Program-made: the position numbers and the translations under genes | The notes under the pieces: generated by a model | What the model was told of the DNA's origin: nothing | The model's input: the letters and a program-made list of their open reading frames with translations, nothing else | Database searches by the model: none | Assembly: GCA_963662795.1 (NCBI GenBank) | Contig: OY759746.1 | Location: forward strand, 288,001-352,000 | Reading direction: 5' to 3' | DNA length: 64,000 bases | Source of the DNA: Spirochaetia bacterium | Lineage (GTDB): Bacteria; Spirochaetota; Spirochaetia; CADAEX01 | Shown: in pieces, positions 18,780 to 29,788 of the stretch | Numbering within the stretch: the stretch's first letter is position 1 | Layout of the letters: the number at the start of each line of letters is the position of its first letter

Positions 18780-19391
18780 GTGTCTGAAAAAATAAAAGTT
18801 CCGGCCGGGCTTCCGTCAAAAGTTGAAATCGAAATAAAAAAATCAAAATTCATAGGCTGCTGCTTTCATGCTTCAAATGACAAAGAAGCACGGCAGATTA
18901 TAGCTTCGGTTAAATCGGAACACAAGCTTGCAAGGCACGTTGTATACGCTTTTATCTGCGGAAAACCAGGCAGTCAAAATATGGGGATGAGTGATGACGG
19001 TGAACCTAAAGGGACGGCAGGAAAGCCTGTTCTGCAGGTTCTCAAAGGGAGCGGAACAACAGATATACTCTGCACAGTAGTAAGGTATTTCGGAGGAATA
19101 AAACTCGGCACCGGAGGGCTTGTAAGGGCTTACACTGAAGCTGCGAAAGCTTCGCTTGAAAAGCTTGAAACAAAATATCTTGCAGATGAAACTGTGATAT
19201 CTGTTACTGTAGATTTCTCCAACTACGATAACGTCAGACGCCTTATCACATCAGCAAAAGGCGCCTGCATAACAGGGGAAGAGTTTTTGTCAGAAGTAAC
19301 TATCAGGGCTGTGGTGCCTGATGCTGCACTCGATGCGCTTAGCAGCGGGATAACAGATATCACATCAGGAAAAGCCTTAATCAATAGATAG
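18780..19391 (+). CDS. YigZ/IMPACT family protein
   Basis: IKKSKFIG, SDDGEPKGTAG and VRYFGGIKLGTGGLVRAY. Confidence 0.9.
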   Translation: MSEKIKVPAGLPSKVEIEIKKSKFIGCCFHASNDKEARQIIASVKSEHKLARHVVYAFICGKPGSQNMGMSDDGEPKGTAGKPVLQVLKGSGTTDILCTVVRYFGGIKLGTGGLVRAYTEAAKASLEKLETKYLADETVISVTVDFSNYDNVRRLITSAKGACITGEEFLSEVTIRAVVPDAALDALSSGITDITSGKALINR

Positions 19392-19395
19392 AACT

Positions 19396-20718
19396 TTAAT
19401 CGGAAGCTATATCTCCTTCTGCTTTCTGCCAGTCAAAATATGCTGAGAGATATTCATAAACTGCAGATATATGACTTATTCTTGCCAGTTCAAGACTTAC
19501 AGTTGCATCCTTCAGGTCAAGCTGTGTCGCCATTCCATTATTATAGGAACTTTGTGCAATTTCATATGCTTTTTGTGCTGTGCCCATGGTTGCATTTGCA
19601 GAATCTATTCTTTCATACGTTTCCTTCAATGTAAGGTATATGCTGTTTATCTCCGAGTATACTTCCTCCCTAAGCTGCTTCAGTTTTATTCCGGTCTGTT
19701 CCAGCTCGAGCTGCGTTTTTTCATCCTGAGCAGAGAGAGCTCCTCCTGTAAATACCGGTAGAGATACTGTTAAACCTATCTGGGTTTGTGTTGCATCATA
19801 ATCATCAAAATCTGTATCGCGCATCATTGAAGAAGCATAAAGGATGTTTCCCTTAACAGTAGGGTAATGATCTGCTCTTGCTGCTTTCACGTTTATTTCC
19901 CTTAAGGAAAGCTCCCTCATGGTTGCCTTGTAATCAGGCCGCTGGGCAAGGATCTCATCAAGCGGAACAAGCAAGGGAATTTCAGGGTAAGCATTGATAT
20001 CACATGCAAGTTCCAAATTCTCATTTGCAGATATTCCTGCAAGGTTTTTGAAATTGATTTCCGCAAGACCAAGGTTTTTCTGTGCCTGTGTTGTTTCCGG
20101 TATTTTCATTTTCCAGTCAACTTCAGCACGTAAAAGATCAAACTGGGATACAAGTCCGTTGTCAAATTTATTTTTTATATTCAGATAATTCTCATAAGTA
20201 TTCTTTTCCATATTTATTTTAACCTTGAGAAGCTGATCAAGGAGAAAATACTGGTAGTATACTTTTTTTGCTATTGTAACGACAGTCTGATGCTGTACAT
20301 CGTATATATTTGCCGTCATCAGTTTATATTCCCGACTGGCTTTTATCGCATTAAAAACTTTCATATTAAAAAGTTCCTGACTTAATGAAAAACCGAAACT
20401 GAATTCGTTATCGTAATTGGAATCAAGATCCTTGTAAATCAGCATCCCACTTGACATATCTGCAGCTACCGGATAAGACTGCTCAATATCTGAAAGATTT
20501 CGTATATATCCTGTTTGTGCCCCTATCTGCGGATAAATCTGTGATCTTGAAGCTTTTTCAGTTGAACCGGCTATCTCAATATCCTTCGCGGCAGACATTA
20601 GCTGCTTGCTGTTTTTTTCAACAAGCCTTATATAGTTTTCAAGTGTAATTTCAGAGCCGAATAAATCATTAAAAGCTGCTGATAAAATTAATACGCTGAT
20701 CAGTGTTGCTTTTTTCAC
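19396..20718 (-). CDS. TolC family outer-membrane efflux protein
   Basis: Signal peptide, two OEP repeats (GLVSQFDLL, GMATQLDL), LPVFTGG; directly downstream of the RND pump. Confidence 0.85.
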   Translation of the reverse strand: MKKATLISVLILSAAFNDLFGSEITLENYIRLVEKNSKQLMSAAKDIEIAGSTEKASRSQIYPQIGAQTGYIRNLSDIEQSYPVAADMSSGMLIYKDLDSNYDNEFSFGFSLSQELFNMKVFNAIKASREYKLMTANIYDVQHQTVVTIAKKVYYQYFLLDQLLKVKINMEKNTYENYLNIKNKFDNGLVSQFDLLRAEVDWKMKIPETTQAQKNLGLAEINFKNLAGISANENLELACDINAYPEIPLLVPLDEILAQRPDYKATMRELSLREINVKAARADHYPTVKGNILYASSMMRDTDFDDYDATQTQIGLTVSLPVFTGGALSAQDEKTQLELEQTGIKLKQLREEVYSEINSIYLTLKETYERIDSANATMGTAQKAYEIAQSSYNNGMATQLDLKDATVSLELARISHISAVYEYLSAYFDWQKAEGDIASD

Positions 20719-23700
20719 TTGCGAACCTCCATAATTTTCTTTTCAGCATTTGAGGAATGAGATAAAAGATATTCAAGCGCAGGGATCAGAAACAGGGTCA
20801 GTATTGTTGCTGAAATGATACCTCCGATAATGACCATACCCATCGGCTGACGCATCTCGGCACCTGATGCGCCTATCCCCATTGCCATCGGGAGCATTCC
20901 CAGGACAATGGCAATGTTACTCATAAGAATCGGTTTTAGCTTTACAGGGCAGGCTTCAATAAGCGCATCATGCGTGCTGTACCCTTTTTGTTTCAGCTGA
21001 TTATAATAATCAAGCATCAATATCGCGTTATTGACTACAATACCGACCAGCATGACCATGCCGAGCATGGCTGTACCGTTAACAACAGTTCCCATAATCA
21101 GGCATAGAAAAACAACTCCTATGATCGAGAGGGGAACAGTAGAAAGAATGAAAAGCGGCTGAGAAAGACTCTCGAGTGTAGCTGCAAGAAGCATATAAAC
21201 AAGGATAACTGCAATGATAAATACAATTGCAAGGTCTTTTACAGTATCTCCAAGCATCTCGGTTGTACCGCCCTCCGACACTGAATAACCGGCAGGCATA
21301 TTTATTTCACTTATGGATTTATTTATTTGAGGAAGGAGATTGCCTACAGCGTATCCTCCAAGTGTATCTGCTGTAATTTCAACTGTCCGTACCTTATCAA
21401 GCCGCATAATCTTGCTGCTGCTGTCGGAAAAATATATATCAGCGTAGCGGGAAAGCGGGAATACCCCGGCCTTGGATATAATCGGTATATTCTTTATATC
21501 ATCAATATTCTTTAGTGAGCTGTCTTTTATGGTTACCCTGACATCATATTCTTCACTGCCATCCTTGTATGTTGTGGCTACAAACCCGTCTACTGCAGCA
21601 CGGAGCGTCAGCGCCACAGCCTGAACAGAAAGGCCGTCTTCCGAAATCTGTTTGCGATTCGGAGAAAAGGACAATTCCAGTTTCCCTGATTTACTGCTGA
21701 GGGAAACATTTGTAACGCCGGGAATTTTATTCATCCGTGCCTTGATTTCATCAGCAATGCTTTGAAGTGTATCGTTGTCATCTCCCTTTAGAAACAGATC
21801 AATTGCTGATGTGGAAGCAAGCTGTATTTCAGAAACCGGTGATACCCTTATTGCAGCTCCGGAAATGTCTGACAATTCCCTTATCATTTTTGATGCAAGG
21901 ATATTGATACCTGCCTTGCGCTCTGACCTCGGAACAAGGTAAACGCTCATCTGTGCTAAACTGACATCCTGATCCAGCATTCCCATTGTTCCCAGATTTG
22001 TCTGTATGGCTTCAACTTCTTCGTATTCGGAAAGGCGCCTCTCTATCTCTGCAAGGACCTGTCCTGTTGAATCAATATCATTGCCCTGCGGCAGTTCCAC
22101 GTTTACCTGCATTTTTCCTCCGTCTGTCTGGGGGAAAAGCTCAAACTGGAGATGCGAAGCAGAATCAATGGAAACCGCAAAGATTATAAGAGTAAGAAGA
22201 ACTACTGCTGCACTTGTCCATTTGTTTTTTAAAACACCGGAGAGCAGCCATTTGTAGCCCATATCCCATTTTTTAAAAAAGGCTTCAAGCCAGATGCCTA
22301 TTTTGGTTTCACGCTTGACCTTTTCAGGAAGAATCCTGGAAGCCATCAGGGGGGTGAGCGTAAATGAAACAATTATTGAAAATACAGTTGCAATTACAAT
22401 TGTATACGCAAAATTACCCATCATGCTTCCCATAATGCTTGACATATTGGCGAGAGGTACGAACACAGCGACATTGGTCAGGGTTGAGGCGAATACTGCA
22501 AGAAGAACCTCTTTTGTTCCTCTGGAAGCGGATTCTATTCTTGAATGTCCCATTTCCTTGTGCCGGAAAATATTTTCTATGACCACAACAGAGTTTGCAA
22601 CCAGTGTTCCTGTAGCGCTTGATAGCCCCATCAGGGACAGGATATTCAAATTTATTCCCATAGCCTTCATGATAAGGAAAGTAGAAATAATCGAAAACGG
22701 CATGGCAAGGGCTACAATAATTGTAGAGCGGATATCATGAAGAAAGAAAAGAAGAACAAGCCCTGTGAGAATGACACCAAGATATATATTATTAAGGGTA
22801 TCGTTTACTGTATCCTTTACATAGGTCGCATCTTCCTTGATAACCTTTAGTTTTACACGCCCCGCAGACATGGCCTCGATTTCATCTATCTGCTTCATTA
22901 TCCCGTTAACTACCGAAACTGTATTCGCGCTCGGGTTTTTGACTACCTGGATAACAATGGCATTATCATCCCGCGTACCTGCCTTTTTATCCAGGAGAAT
23001 TGTTCTTTCACGCGCTGTCTTGCTGCTGTCTTTGACTTCTGCAAGCTGCCTTAGCTTGAATATCCCGTTGCCTGTCGGTACATCGAGGTTTTTGATTTCA
23101 TCCAGGCTTTTAAACTTCCCTTTCATTCCTACAGGGATATCCCTGTTTTCATACTGGAAATTCCCTCCCGGAATTTCGATGTTGGCTGCCGCAAGTATCC
23201 CGTTAATCTGCATTATTGGAATAGCCTGTTCATAAACAGTATAGCGTTCCAGTTCTACCCGGATTTCCCTTTCCTTTCCCCCTGAAAGTGTGATGCTTCC
23301 GACTCCGGGAACCTGTGAAAGGCGGTCATTTACAGTTGTGCTTGCATAGGTATAAAGCTCTGTAGCCGGCATTTCGCCCTCAAGCACAATATTCATTATT
23401 GGCATTACATCTGACAAATTAATTTTAGACATTTTTGGTTTTTCAGCATCATCCGGAAAATCACTTGTAACTACATCTACCTTGTCCCTGACCTCCTGCA
23501 GGGCAAGATTTTCATCCTTGCCATAGTTAAATTGAGCTATAATGATGGAAAGACTGTCCATTGAGTATGAAGTTATTGAATCAAGGTCTGATATTGATGA
23601 TATCTTGTCTTCAATTTTTTTTGTGATCTGTGTTTCAATGATATCAGGACTTGCACCTGGATAGACAGTCTGGATTGCAACGTATGGAATGGATGCATCA

Positions 23701-23813
23701 GGAAAAAGACTGATCGGTATTGTGAAAAAAGAAAGCAAACCGAATAAAAAAAAGGCAAGCAGTGCCATTAATATAAGAATTGGCCTTTTTATTGATAAAT
23801 CGACTATATGCAT
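20715..23813 (-). CDS. AcrB/AcrD/AcrF family RND efflux permease
   Basis: SIKRP, YPGASP, VVIENI, GIVVNNAILM and LKPILMS; start refined to MHIVD. Confidence 0.92.
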   Translation of the reverse strand: MHIVDLSIKRPILILMALLAFFLFGLLSFFTIPISLFPDASIPYVAIQTVYPGASPDIIETQITKKIEDKISSISDLDSITSYSMDSLSIIIAQFNYGKDENLALQEVRDKVDVVTSDFPDDAEKPKMSKINLSDVMPIMNIVLEGEMPATELYTYASTTVNDRLSQVPGVGSITLSGGKEREIRVELERYTVYEQAIPIMQINGILAAANIEIPGGNFQYENRDIPVGMKGKFKSLDEIKNLDVPTGNGIFKLRQLAEVKDSSKTARERTILLDKKAGTRDDNAIVIQVVKNPSANTVSVVNGIMKQIDEIEAMSAGRVKLKVIKEDATYVKDTVNDTLNNIYLGVILTGLVLLFFLHDIRSTIIVALAMPFSIISTFLIMKAMGINLNILSLMGLSSATGTLVANSVVVIENIFRHKEMGHSRIESASRGTKEVLLAVFASTLTNVAVFVPLANMSSIMGSMMGNFAYTIVIATVFSIIVSFTLTPLMASRILPEKVKRETKIGIWLEAFFKKWDMGYKWLLSGVLKNKWTSAAVVLLTLIIFAVSIDSASHLQFELFPQTDGGKMQVNVELPQGNDIDSTGQVLAEIERRLSEYEEVEAIQTNLGTMGMLDQDVSLAQMSVYLVPRSERKAGINILASKMIRELSDISGAAIRVSPVSEIQLASTSAIDLFLKGDDNDTLQSIADEIKARMNKIPGVTNVSLSSKSGKLELSFSPNRKQISEDGLSVQAVALTLRAAVDGFVATTYKDGSEEYDVRVTIKDSSLKNIDDIKNIPIISKAGVFPLSRYADIYFSDSSSKIMRLDKVRTVEITADTLGGYAVGNLLPQINKSISEINMPAGYSVSEGGTTEMLGDTVKDLAIVFIIAVILVYMLLAATLESLSQPLFILSTVPLSIIGVVFLCLIMGTVVNGTAMLGMVMLVGIVVNNAILMLDYYNQLKQKGYSTHDALIEACPVKLKPILMSNIAIVLGMLPMAMGIGASGAEMRQPMGMVIIGGIISATILTLFLIPALEYLLSHSSNAEKKIMEVRK

Positions 23814-23817
23814 ATCT

Positions 23818-24873
23818 TTATTCCTGTTTCGCCGCGGTTGAGCCGACAACCCTGACACGCATACCGTCGGTCAGATCCTGAATACCTTTTGATACAATAT
23901 GATCGTCTGTATAAAGCCCTTCGGTAACCTCAAGCAGGAGTCCTTTTTCCCTGCCGGTTTTTATTATCCGTTTTTCCGCTGCATCCCCGTTTACAACAAA
24001 GACATAAAAACCATCTTCAGTATTAATAGTTTCATTCCGATTTATTACAATTGCATTACTTTTCCTGTATGTTTCAACCGATACATCGACGCTCATACCG
24101 CTTACAAGAAATATGGGCTTTTCACTGAAAAACGCCTTGACCGGGAATGCTTTTTTCTCTGCATCCATTGTAAGCGATATTTCGCTTATACGTCCAATAA
24201 GCAGTTCACCGCGATTTTCAATTGATGCGGGAGACCCTGTTTTAATCTGACTGATTTCATCAACTGAAACATAAAACAATGCTTCGAATCCGTCATTATT
24301 TGAAATGGTAAAAAGAGCATCGCCTGATTTAATATCTGAAGAAGTATGTACATAAAGCTGTGTTACATATCCGTCAATAGGCGCCTTGATTTCGATCATT
24401 TCCCTGGCTGCCCTGAATGCTTCCCGTGCCAGTTCATACTGGGTCTGGATATTATCAAGGCTCTGTTTGGATACCCCGCCGTCCCTGAAAAGAACCTGCA
24501 GCCTGTTATATTCCGACTCAAGATTTTCGAGTCTCAATTTTGCCTGCTGGTATGCTGAATTGTCGTGAGATAAAACAAGGACAACCTGATCGCGTTTAAC
24601 CTTATCACCTATTTTTACACGAACTTCACGTACGACATCACTTATATCGGAATATGCTATTGACTGGTTTTGGGCCCTGAATTCAGCAGGGAAGGAAAGA
24701 GAAACTGAAAAAGATTCAGGTTTAATTGCCCTGACATTTACCGGCTTTCCTTCTTCTGCATATATCTGTTCCATGCTTCTGGAATCAGCTGTTTTTTCAT
24801 TTTGTCCGGTGCAGGATGCAAAGATGATACTGATTAAAACCGCTATCAGCACATAAATTGACTTGTTTTGCAT
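23818..24873 (-). CDS. RND efflux periplasmic adaptor (MFP), lipoprotein
   Basis: Lipobox FASC, VKIGDKV, IKAPIDGYV and GMSV; ATG 24873 with a GAGG SD. Confidence 0.88.
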   Translation of the reverse strand: MQNKSIYVLIAVLISIIFASCTGQNEKTADSRSMEQIYAEEGKPVNVRAIKPESFSVSLSFPAEFRAQNQSIAYSDISDVVREVRVKIGDKVKRDQVVLVLSHDNSAYQQAKLRLENLESEYNRLQVLFRDGGVSKQSLDNIQTQYELAREAFRAAREMIEIKAPIDGYVTQLYVHTSSDIKSGDALFTISNNDGFEALFYVSVDEISQIKTGSPASIENRGELLIGRISEISLTMDAEKKAFPVKAFFSEKPIFLVSGMSVDVSVETYRKSNAIVINRNETINTEDGFYVFVVNGDAAEKRIIKTGREKGLLLEVTEGLYTDDHIVSKGIQDLTDGMRVRVVGSTAAKQE

Positions 24874-24890
24874 TAATTCTACCTCTTCAT

Positions 24891-24925
24891 TGAACATTGT
24901 GCATTTTTGAATAATGTTCAGTCAA
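24891..24925 (-). promoter_or_regulatory. Putative TetR operator overlapping the efflux operon promoter
   Basis: Inverted repeat TGAACATT-N14-AATGTTCA (24891-24920) next to a minus-strand TTGACT -35. Confidence 0.55.
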
Positions 24926-24948
24926 CATATAAAAAAGGTATCTTTTTG

Positions 24949-25635
24949 TCAAGGATGTTCAGTTTTTATTTCTTCAGAAACAGGCGAAATAAACAGGCCT
25001 CTTGAAATAATGTCGCGGAAGACGGAAAAAATAGTATCTGTACTGAAATACTCTAAAAAAGGATTGTCTGACTGGAATATGAAATCCTGGAATTTGATTC
25101 CCTGTATCAAAGAGAAAAAAATGTCAATGATTGTAACTGCCAAAAGTTCGGGATCAGCATGCATGACAAGAGTACCGTCGGATTTGCCGGCTCTGAAAAT
25201 ATCGGCGATAAAAGAGACAAAAGAGGAGAACTTATTTCTGATTGAATTCCGTATTACTCTGCCGACAACTTCCGAAGGCCCAGCGGAGTTAAATGATAAT
25301 TGACCGAACAATTCAATATGCGGGTCTCTTCCAATAATTTCAAGATAATCAAGAAGCTTTATAAGCCTTTCTGCGCCGCTTCCTGCAGTCCCGACAAATG
25401 AAAATAAAGAGTTCTGCTGTCTGGCTGTAAATTCCGCAATAAGGTTCGCGGCGATATCTTCCTTGGTTTTAAAGTAAAGATACAAGGCTCCTGTGCTAAC
25501 ATCAGCACGTCTTGCAATCTCGCGGATTGTAACGCCGGCATAGTTCTTTTCATGGACGAAAATCTGTTTACAGATTTTAAGAATTCGTTCCTTTGTTTCC
25601 TTTTTGCGGCGTTCAACTCTTGAAATCATTTTCAT
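24949..25635 (-). CDS. TetR/AcrR family transcriptional regulator
   Basis: TIREIARRADVSTGALYLYFKTKEDI helix-turn-helix. Confidence 0.9.
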   Translation of the reverse strand: MKMISRVERRKKETKERILKICKQIFVHEKNYAGVTIREIARRADVSTGALYLYFKTKEDIAANLIAEFTARQQNSLFSFVGTAGSGAERLIKLLDYLEIIGRDPHIELFGQLSFNSAGPSEVVGRVIRNSIRNKFSSFVSFIADIFRAGKSDGTLVMHADPELLAVTIIDIFFSLIQGIKFQDFIFQSDNPFLEYFSTDTIFSVFRDIISRGLFISPVSEEIKTEHP

Positions 25636-25733
25636 AGGGCAAAGCTCCTGAAAATTAGTTTTATCATAATATCATTTATCTTTTTACAAATAAAGAAATA
25701 TAAAGCAAGAAACAAGGCAAGGGATATGACTGA

Positions 25734-26570
25734 TCAGCTTATTTCCTCAAGATAGGATTGGTACCGCCCGTTAACCCTGTCAAATACAATTGCGCCAAGT
25801 TCCTTCCTTTCAAGATTTCCGGGATCAAGGGCTTTCAGCATTTCAAGTTCAACATCAAGCGATTTAAGCATCATAACCTTCATAAACTGAGGCATGAATT
25901 TCATACCGCCAAAATATCCTATTCTTGCAAAATCATCAGTTGTAAAGTTCTTTCCATTAATTTTTTTATACATTATGCAGACAGGAAGTATTTGAGCGCC
26001 TGTGCCTGTTACTGCGCTCATCAGGGAGCTTTTAAAGGGAAGAAGGGCCTTTCCGTTTGAGCAGGTTGATTCAGGAAAAAAGCAGACATTGAGCTTCCTT
26101 CTGAAGGCATTTCCAATTTCAGGTATTTCAGTCTTTAAGGTCGTAATTTTACGCCTTTCTACAAACAAACATCCGGCAAGTACCGCGATCTGTCCGAGAA
26201 AAGCTCTCCTTTTCATATCTGTGGAAGTTATTAAAAGGGTTCTGAACTTTGCCACAATAAGAAAAACGTCCACAAAGGAAACATGGTTGCCCATTATGTA
26301 CCATGATTTTTTATCTGAATAATTATCCTCACCCTTAAAGACTGCCTTTATATTCAAAATCCGGATAAATATCCAGGCAAAAAAGCTGTTTATGCGTGAG
26401 AGGATATTTTTCCTTCTGTAGCGGTCTGCAGGCAGTATAAAAGCAACGGCTGCGGCAATTGCGTAGAAACCTATCGTAACCACACATAAAAATAATTTAT
26501 AAATCAGTCTCCATAGCTGAAGAATCATCAGGTTGCCCCCGTTTTTGAGACTTGTCGGTATCTTTAACAA
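25734..26570 (-). CDS. Lysophospholipid (1-acyl-sn-glycerol-3-phosphate) acyltransferase family
   Basis: NHVSFVD (HxxxxD), FVER and FFPEST; start uncertain. Confidence 0.8.
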   Translation of the reverse strand: MLKIPTSLKNGGNLMILQLWRLIYKLFLCVVTIGFYAIAAAVAFILPADRYRRKNILSRINSFFAWIFIRILNIKAVFKGEDNYSDKKSWYIMGNHVSFVDVFLIVAKFRTLLITSTDMKRRAFLGQIAVLAGCLFVERRKITTLKTEIPEIGNAFRRKLNVCFFPESTCSNGKALLPFKSSLMSAVTGTGAQILPVCIMYKKINGKNFTTDDFARIGYFGGMKFMPQFMKVMMLKSLDVELEMLKALDPGNLERKELGAIVFDRVNGRYQSYLEEIS

Positions 26571-26635
26571 AGCAGATCCTGCGGTTATAATAAGCCGCCT
26601 GAATACAAAAAATCAACACGGGAGAGTAGCTTATT

Positions 26636-27055
26636 ATGTCAGAGACAGAAATTGTTGTAAGATACGCGGAAACAGACCAGATGAAAATAGTTCACCATTC
26701 AGTTTATGCAATATGGTTTGAAGCTGCAAGAACCGATTATATGGAAAAGGCAGGATACCCCTATGCCCGTATAGAAGAAGAGGGGCTGATGCTTCCTCTT
26801 TCAAAACTTGAATGCAAATTTCTTTCAGGGGCAAGGTACGGCGATACAGTTGTAATCAAAACTTTTATGAAGAAAATAACTCCTGTCAGGCTTGAAATTC
26901 ATTACACAGCTTACCGTAAAAAAGACAGCGCTCTCCTGGCTGAGGGGATAACAGTGCATGCATGGACAGACAGCAGTCTTAAAATAATAAACCTGAAAAA
27001 AAAGTCTCCTGCCTTATACAGCCTCCTTGAAAAAGAAGCGGGTGCAGATGCATGA
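26636..27055 (+). CDS. YbgC/FadM family acyl-CoA thioesterase
   Basis: VRYAETDQMKIVHHSVYAIWFEAAR. Confidence 0.88.
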   Translation: MSETEIVVRYAETDQMKIVHHSVYAIWFEAARTDYMEKAGYPYARIEEEGLMLPLSKLECKFLSGARYGDTVVIKTFMKKITPVRLEIHYTAYRKKDSALLAEGITVHAWTDSSLKIINLKKKSPALYSLLEKEAGADA

Positions 27056-27082
27056 GCCTGAAAGCTCCCGCAATAGACACAT

Positions 27083-27126
27083 AAAAAAAGCCGGTCAATC
27101 AGTACCCTGACAACCGGCTCTTTTTT
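27083..27126. terminator. Bidirectional rho-independent terminator
   Basis: A-run, AGCCGGT stem / ACCGGCT, T-run; lies between convergent genes. Confidence 0.7.
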
Positions 27127-27152
27127 AATCTTTTTCTATAGAAAAGAAAGCT

Positions 27153-29621
27153 TTATAATCCCAAATCCACAACAAAGACTACCCTTCTGTTCTTCCATCT
27201 TTCTTTTAAGTCTTTAACAGGCGCGATAGGATGTTTTCCGCCGAATGCCTCAATTTTGAGAGACTTTTCAGGAACACCGAGTTTTATGAGCTCTTTCCTT
27301 ACGCTTTCAGCCCTGTCTACAGTAAGTTTTTCAAGTATTGCTTCTTCTTTTTTCTCCCTTGCGGTGCCTGCTCCGAGCAGGACATTCAAGGCATGCCCTT
27401 CGATAACAACAGAGTATTCAGGATAGGCTTTCATAAGATCTGCAACCCGTTTTAGTGATTTTCTGTTGATTGCCGCGGTTTCCTTTCCCCTTGAATCAAT
27501 AGATGATTTATAGGCAGAAAAGATAATATTTTCAGTGTTGATGTAGTATTTCCCGTCCCTTTTTATCAGAGCTATATCAACAGGAAATTCTCCCTTTGCT
27601 GTACCTATATTGCCGGCCATATCTGCTACACGGATTGAAGCAGTATATACAGCACCGGAGATAAGCTTATAGTTGTTCTCAGTTTCGCCGGACCATATAA
27701 TATTTGATTCAGGGTCACCTTCTGCGGAAAAACTCATAACCTGTTTTCCATCAGAATCGGTAATAACGCCTTCCCATCCGTAAATTTTATAATTCTCTTT
27801 TACATCAAGGGCAAAATCGGTCTCTCCCTCGTAACTTCCTCCTGCATCCGCAAAAGGAGTGGAAGAAATACCAAGATCGACAAGAGGCGCGGTAAGGTCG
27901 TAATAAATATCATCTATCTTTTTCTCTGTTACGCCGCCGTTACTGTAAACAACCTTGAATCCTGCATTGTAGAAACCCTCGCCGTTTCCGGTTTTTCCGT
28001 CCCAGAATATGTGATCGGGAAGAGTGTTTCCTCCGCTTTCAGATGCCGCGATTTTCCCGCTGCTGTCTTTAAGCTCAAATGTCCATGAAGTTATCTCGTC
28101 TTTCGGTCCGGATATCACTTTGAAATAAAGACCTGAATTATCTTTGCCATCAAGAAGCCTGATTATGCCGGGTATCACAAGAATATCAGCAGCGCCTACT
28201 CTTCTTTTAACCGTAATTTTTTCTGTCTTGTGGTTATAGGTATTTCCAGCCCTGTCTGTAAACGAGGCGGATAGAAAATAATCGCCGTCACTCAGATAAT
28301 TTCCAGAATCATCCATACCTTCCCAGACAATCAGAGATGTTGTATCCTCGTCAGAGGTTTCCACAACTTCCCTGCCGCTGCTGTCTTTTATAACTCCCTT
28401 CCATGTAACTATCTCGTCTGATTTGAAGGAAATATCTGTACTGTTCCCGGGTTCATCCCTGCCCGGTGATATGACACGGCTGCTGATATTTACAGATACT
28501 GTCGGCATTACCCTGTCAATTACTATTGCTTCACTATGGGCAACTTTAGCCCCGTTATCATAGAAGTTTACAAATCCTGCATTATATTCCCCGTCAGGAA
28601 GCATAGTCCCGTTACTGTCAAGACCGTCAAAAACTGCTTCGTACATACCGGGTTCGCTGCCTGTGTAGGAAGCCTTTATTCCTCCTGTTTCATCAGCAAG
28701 AAAAACTTCCCAGTTTTTAAGGCCTTCCGGGTCGTTATGGCCGAAGGAGAGAACTATTGTATCCTTTGATCCGTCGTTATTGGGTGAAACATAATGATCA
28801 GAAAGCCTGAAAACAATTGCGGGATTTCTTGTATCGATGACAATCCCTTCTATTGTTTTTTCATCCATTTTATTGCCGGCAAGATCGGTTGAATTCAGCT
28901 TATATGTGTATTTGCCGTCAGGCAGAATCATGCCGCCGTTATCTTTTCCGTCCCAGAGCAGTTTTTCAGGAGGTGTCCCTTTCCATTCATATTTTTTTAC
29001 AGCTTTGTTATCGGAAGAATATATTTCAGCTGTCCAGAGGTGTTCGTCACTGCCGTTAATATGGCTGATTTCAAAAAAATCAATAGACCCGTCATTATCG
29101 GGAGAGAATTTTGGATTGGCAGGGCCTTTTAACGTAATGTCAGGTTTAACTGTATCCACAACATATTCGTCGAGGTCTGCCTCCCTAACTATTCCGGCAG
29201 GATCTTTTATCCAGATTTTTGTATTGTATATACCATCAGACACAACCTTTCCGTCCAGGTCCTTCCCGTCCCATACAATGGATTTTTCAAGCGTAAATTT
29301 TGAATATTTTGTAAAAAGTCTTATAAACCAGCCGATATCGGACTTTTCAGTTTTTACAACTTCCTTTACAGTCTTTCCGGCTTTATCAATTACTTTTACA
29401 CCATATTCAGGAACATACCCCTGCTTGCTTTTGACATATAACTCTACATTGAACTTCAGCTCCGCGCTGTCCTGTACTTTGTTATTGTCAGGCGATATAT
29501 ACTGAGTTCCGGATGTTGTTACAGTAAGGCTGGGCTCTTCACGTTTCCCTCCTGCATGAAGAGACACAGATACCATAATAAGTATCAGTAACTGAAATAA
29601 AATCTTTTTCAATTTGTTCAC
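27153..29621 (-). CDS. Secreted protein with multiple FlgD-type Ig-like repeats and a C-terminal OmpA-like peptidoglycan-binding domain
   Basis: Signal peptide, repeated ISPxxD / WDG / xDGxY / DxAGN units, and C-terminal IEGHA...RAESV...NRRV. Confidence 0.8.
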   Translation of the reverse strand: MNKLKKILFQLLILIMVSVSLHAGGKREEPSLTVTTSGTQYISPDNNKVQDSAELKFNVELYVKSKQGYVPEYGVKVIDKAGKTVKEVVKTEKSDIGWFIRLFTKYSKFTLEKSIVWDGKDLDGKVVSDGIYNTKIWIKDPAGIVREADLDEYVVDTVKPDITLKGPANPKFSPDNDGSIDFFEISHINGSDEHLWTAEIYSSDNKAVKKYEWKGTPPEKLLWDGKDNGGMILPDGKYTYKLNSTDLAGNKMDEKTIEGIVIDTRNPAIVFRLSDHYVSPNNDGSKDTIVLSFGHNDPEGLKNWEVFLADETGGIKASYTGSEPGMYEAVFDGLDSNGTMLPDGEYNAGFVNFYDNGAKVAHSEAIVIDRVMPTVSVNISSRVISPGRDEPGNSTDISFKSDEIVTWKGVIKDSSGREVVETSDEDTTSLIVWEGMDDSGNYLSDGDYFLSASFTDRAGNTYNHKTEKITVKRRVGAADILVIPGIIRLLDGKDNSGLYFKVISGPKDEITSWTFELKDSSGKIAASESGGNTLPDHIFWDGKTGNGEGFYNAGFKVVYSNGGVTEKKIDDIYYDLTAPLVDLGISSTPFADAGGSYEGETDFALDVKENYKIYGWEGVITDSDGKQVMSFSAEGDPESNIIWSGETENNYKLISGAVYTASIRVADMAGNIGTAKGEFPVDIALIKRDGKYYINTENIIFSAYKSSIDSRGKETAAINRKSLKRVADLMKAYPEYSVVIEGHALNVLLGAGTAREKKEEAILEKLTVDRAESVRKELIKLGVPEKSLKIEAFGGKHPIAPVKDLKERWKNRRVVFVVDLGL

Positions 29622-29788
29622 CTCTTAATTTTATAATAATTATTATAACATATTTTCAGCCGCAAATATAATCATGCAACAAAAATAAGCAATATTTTAT
29701 GATATGGAAATATAAATACCCCTAATAAACAAATTTACTTGCACCCATGTTACAAAAATATTGAAAAAAGAGTGATAATAAAATAGGA

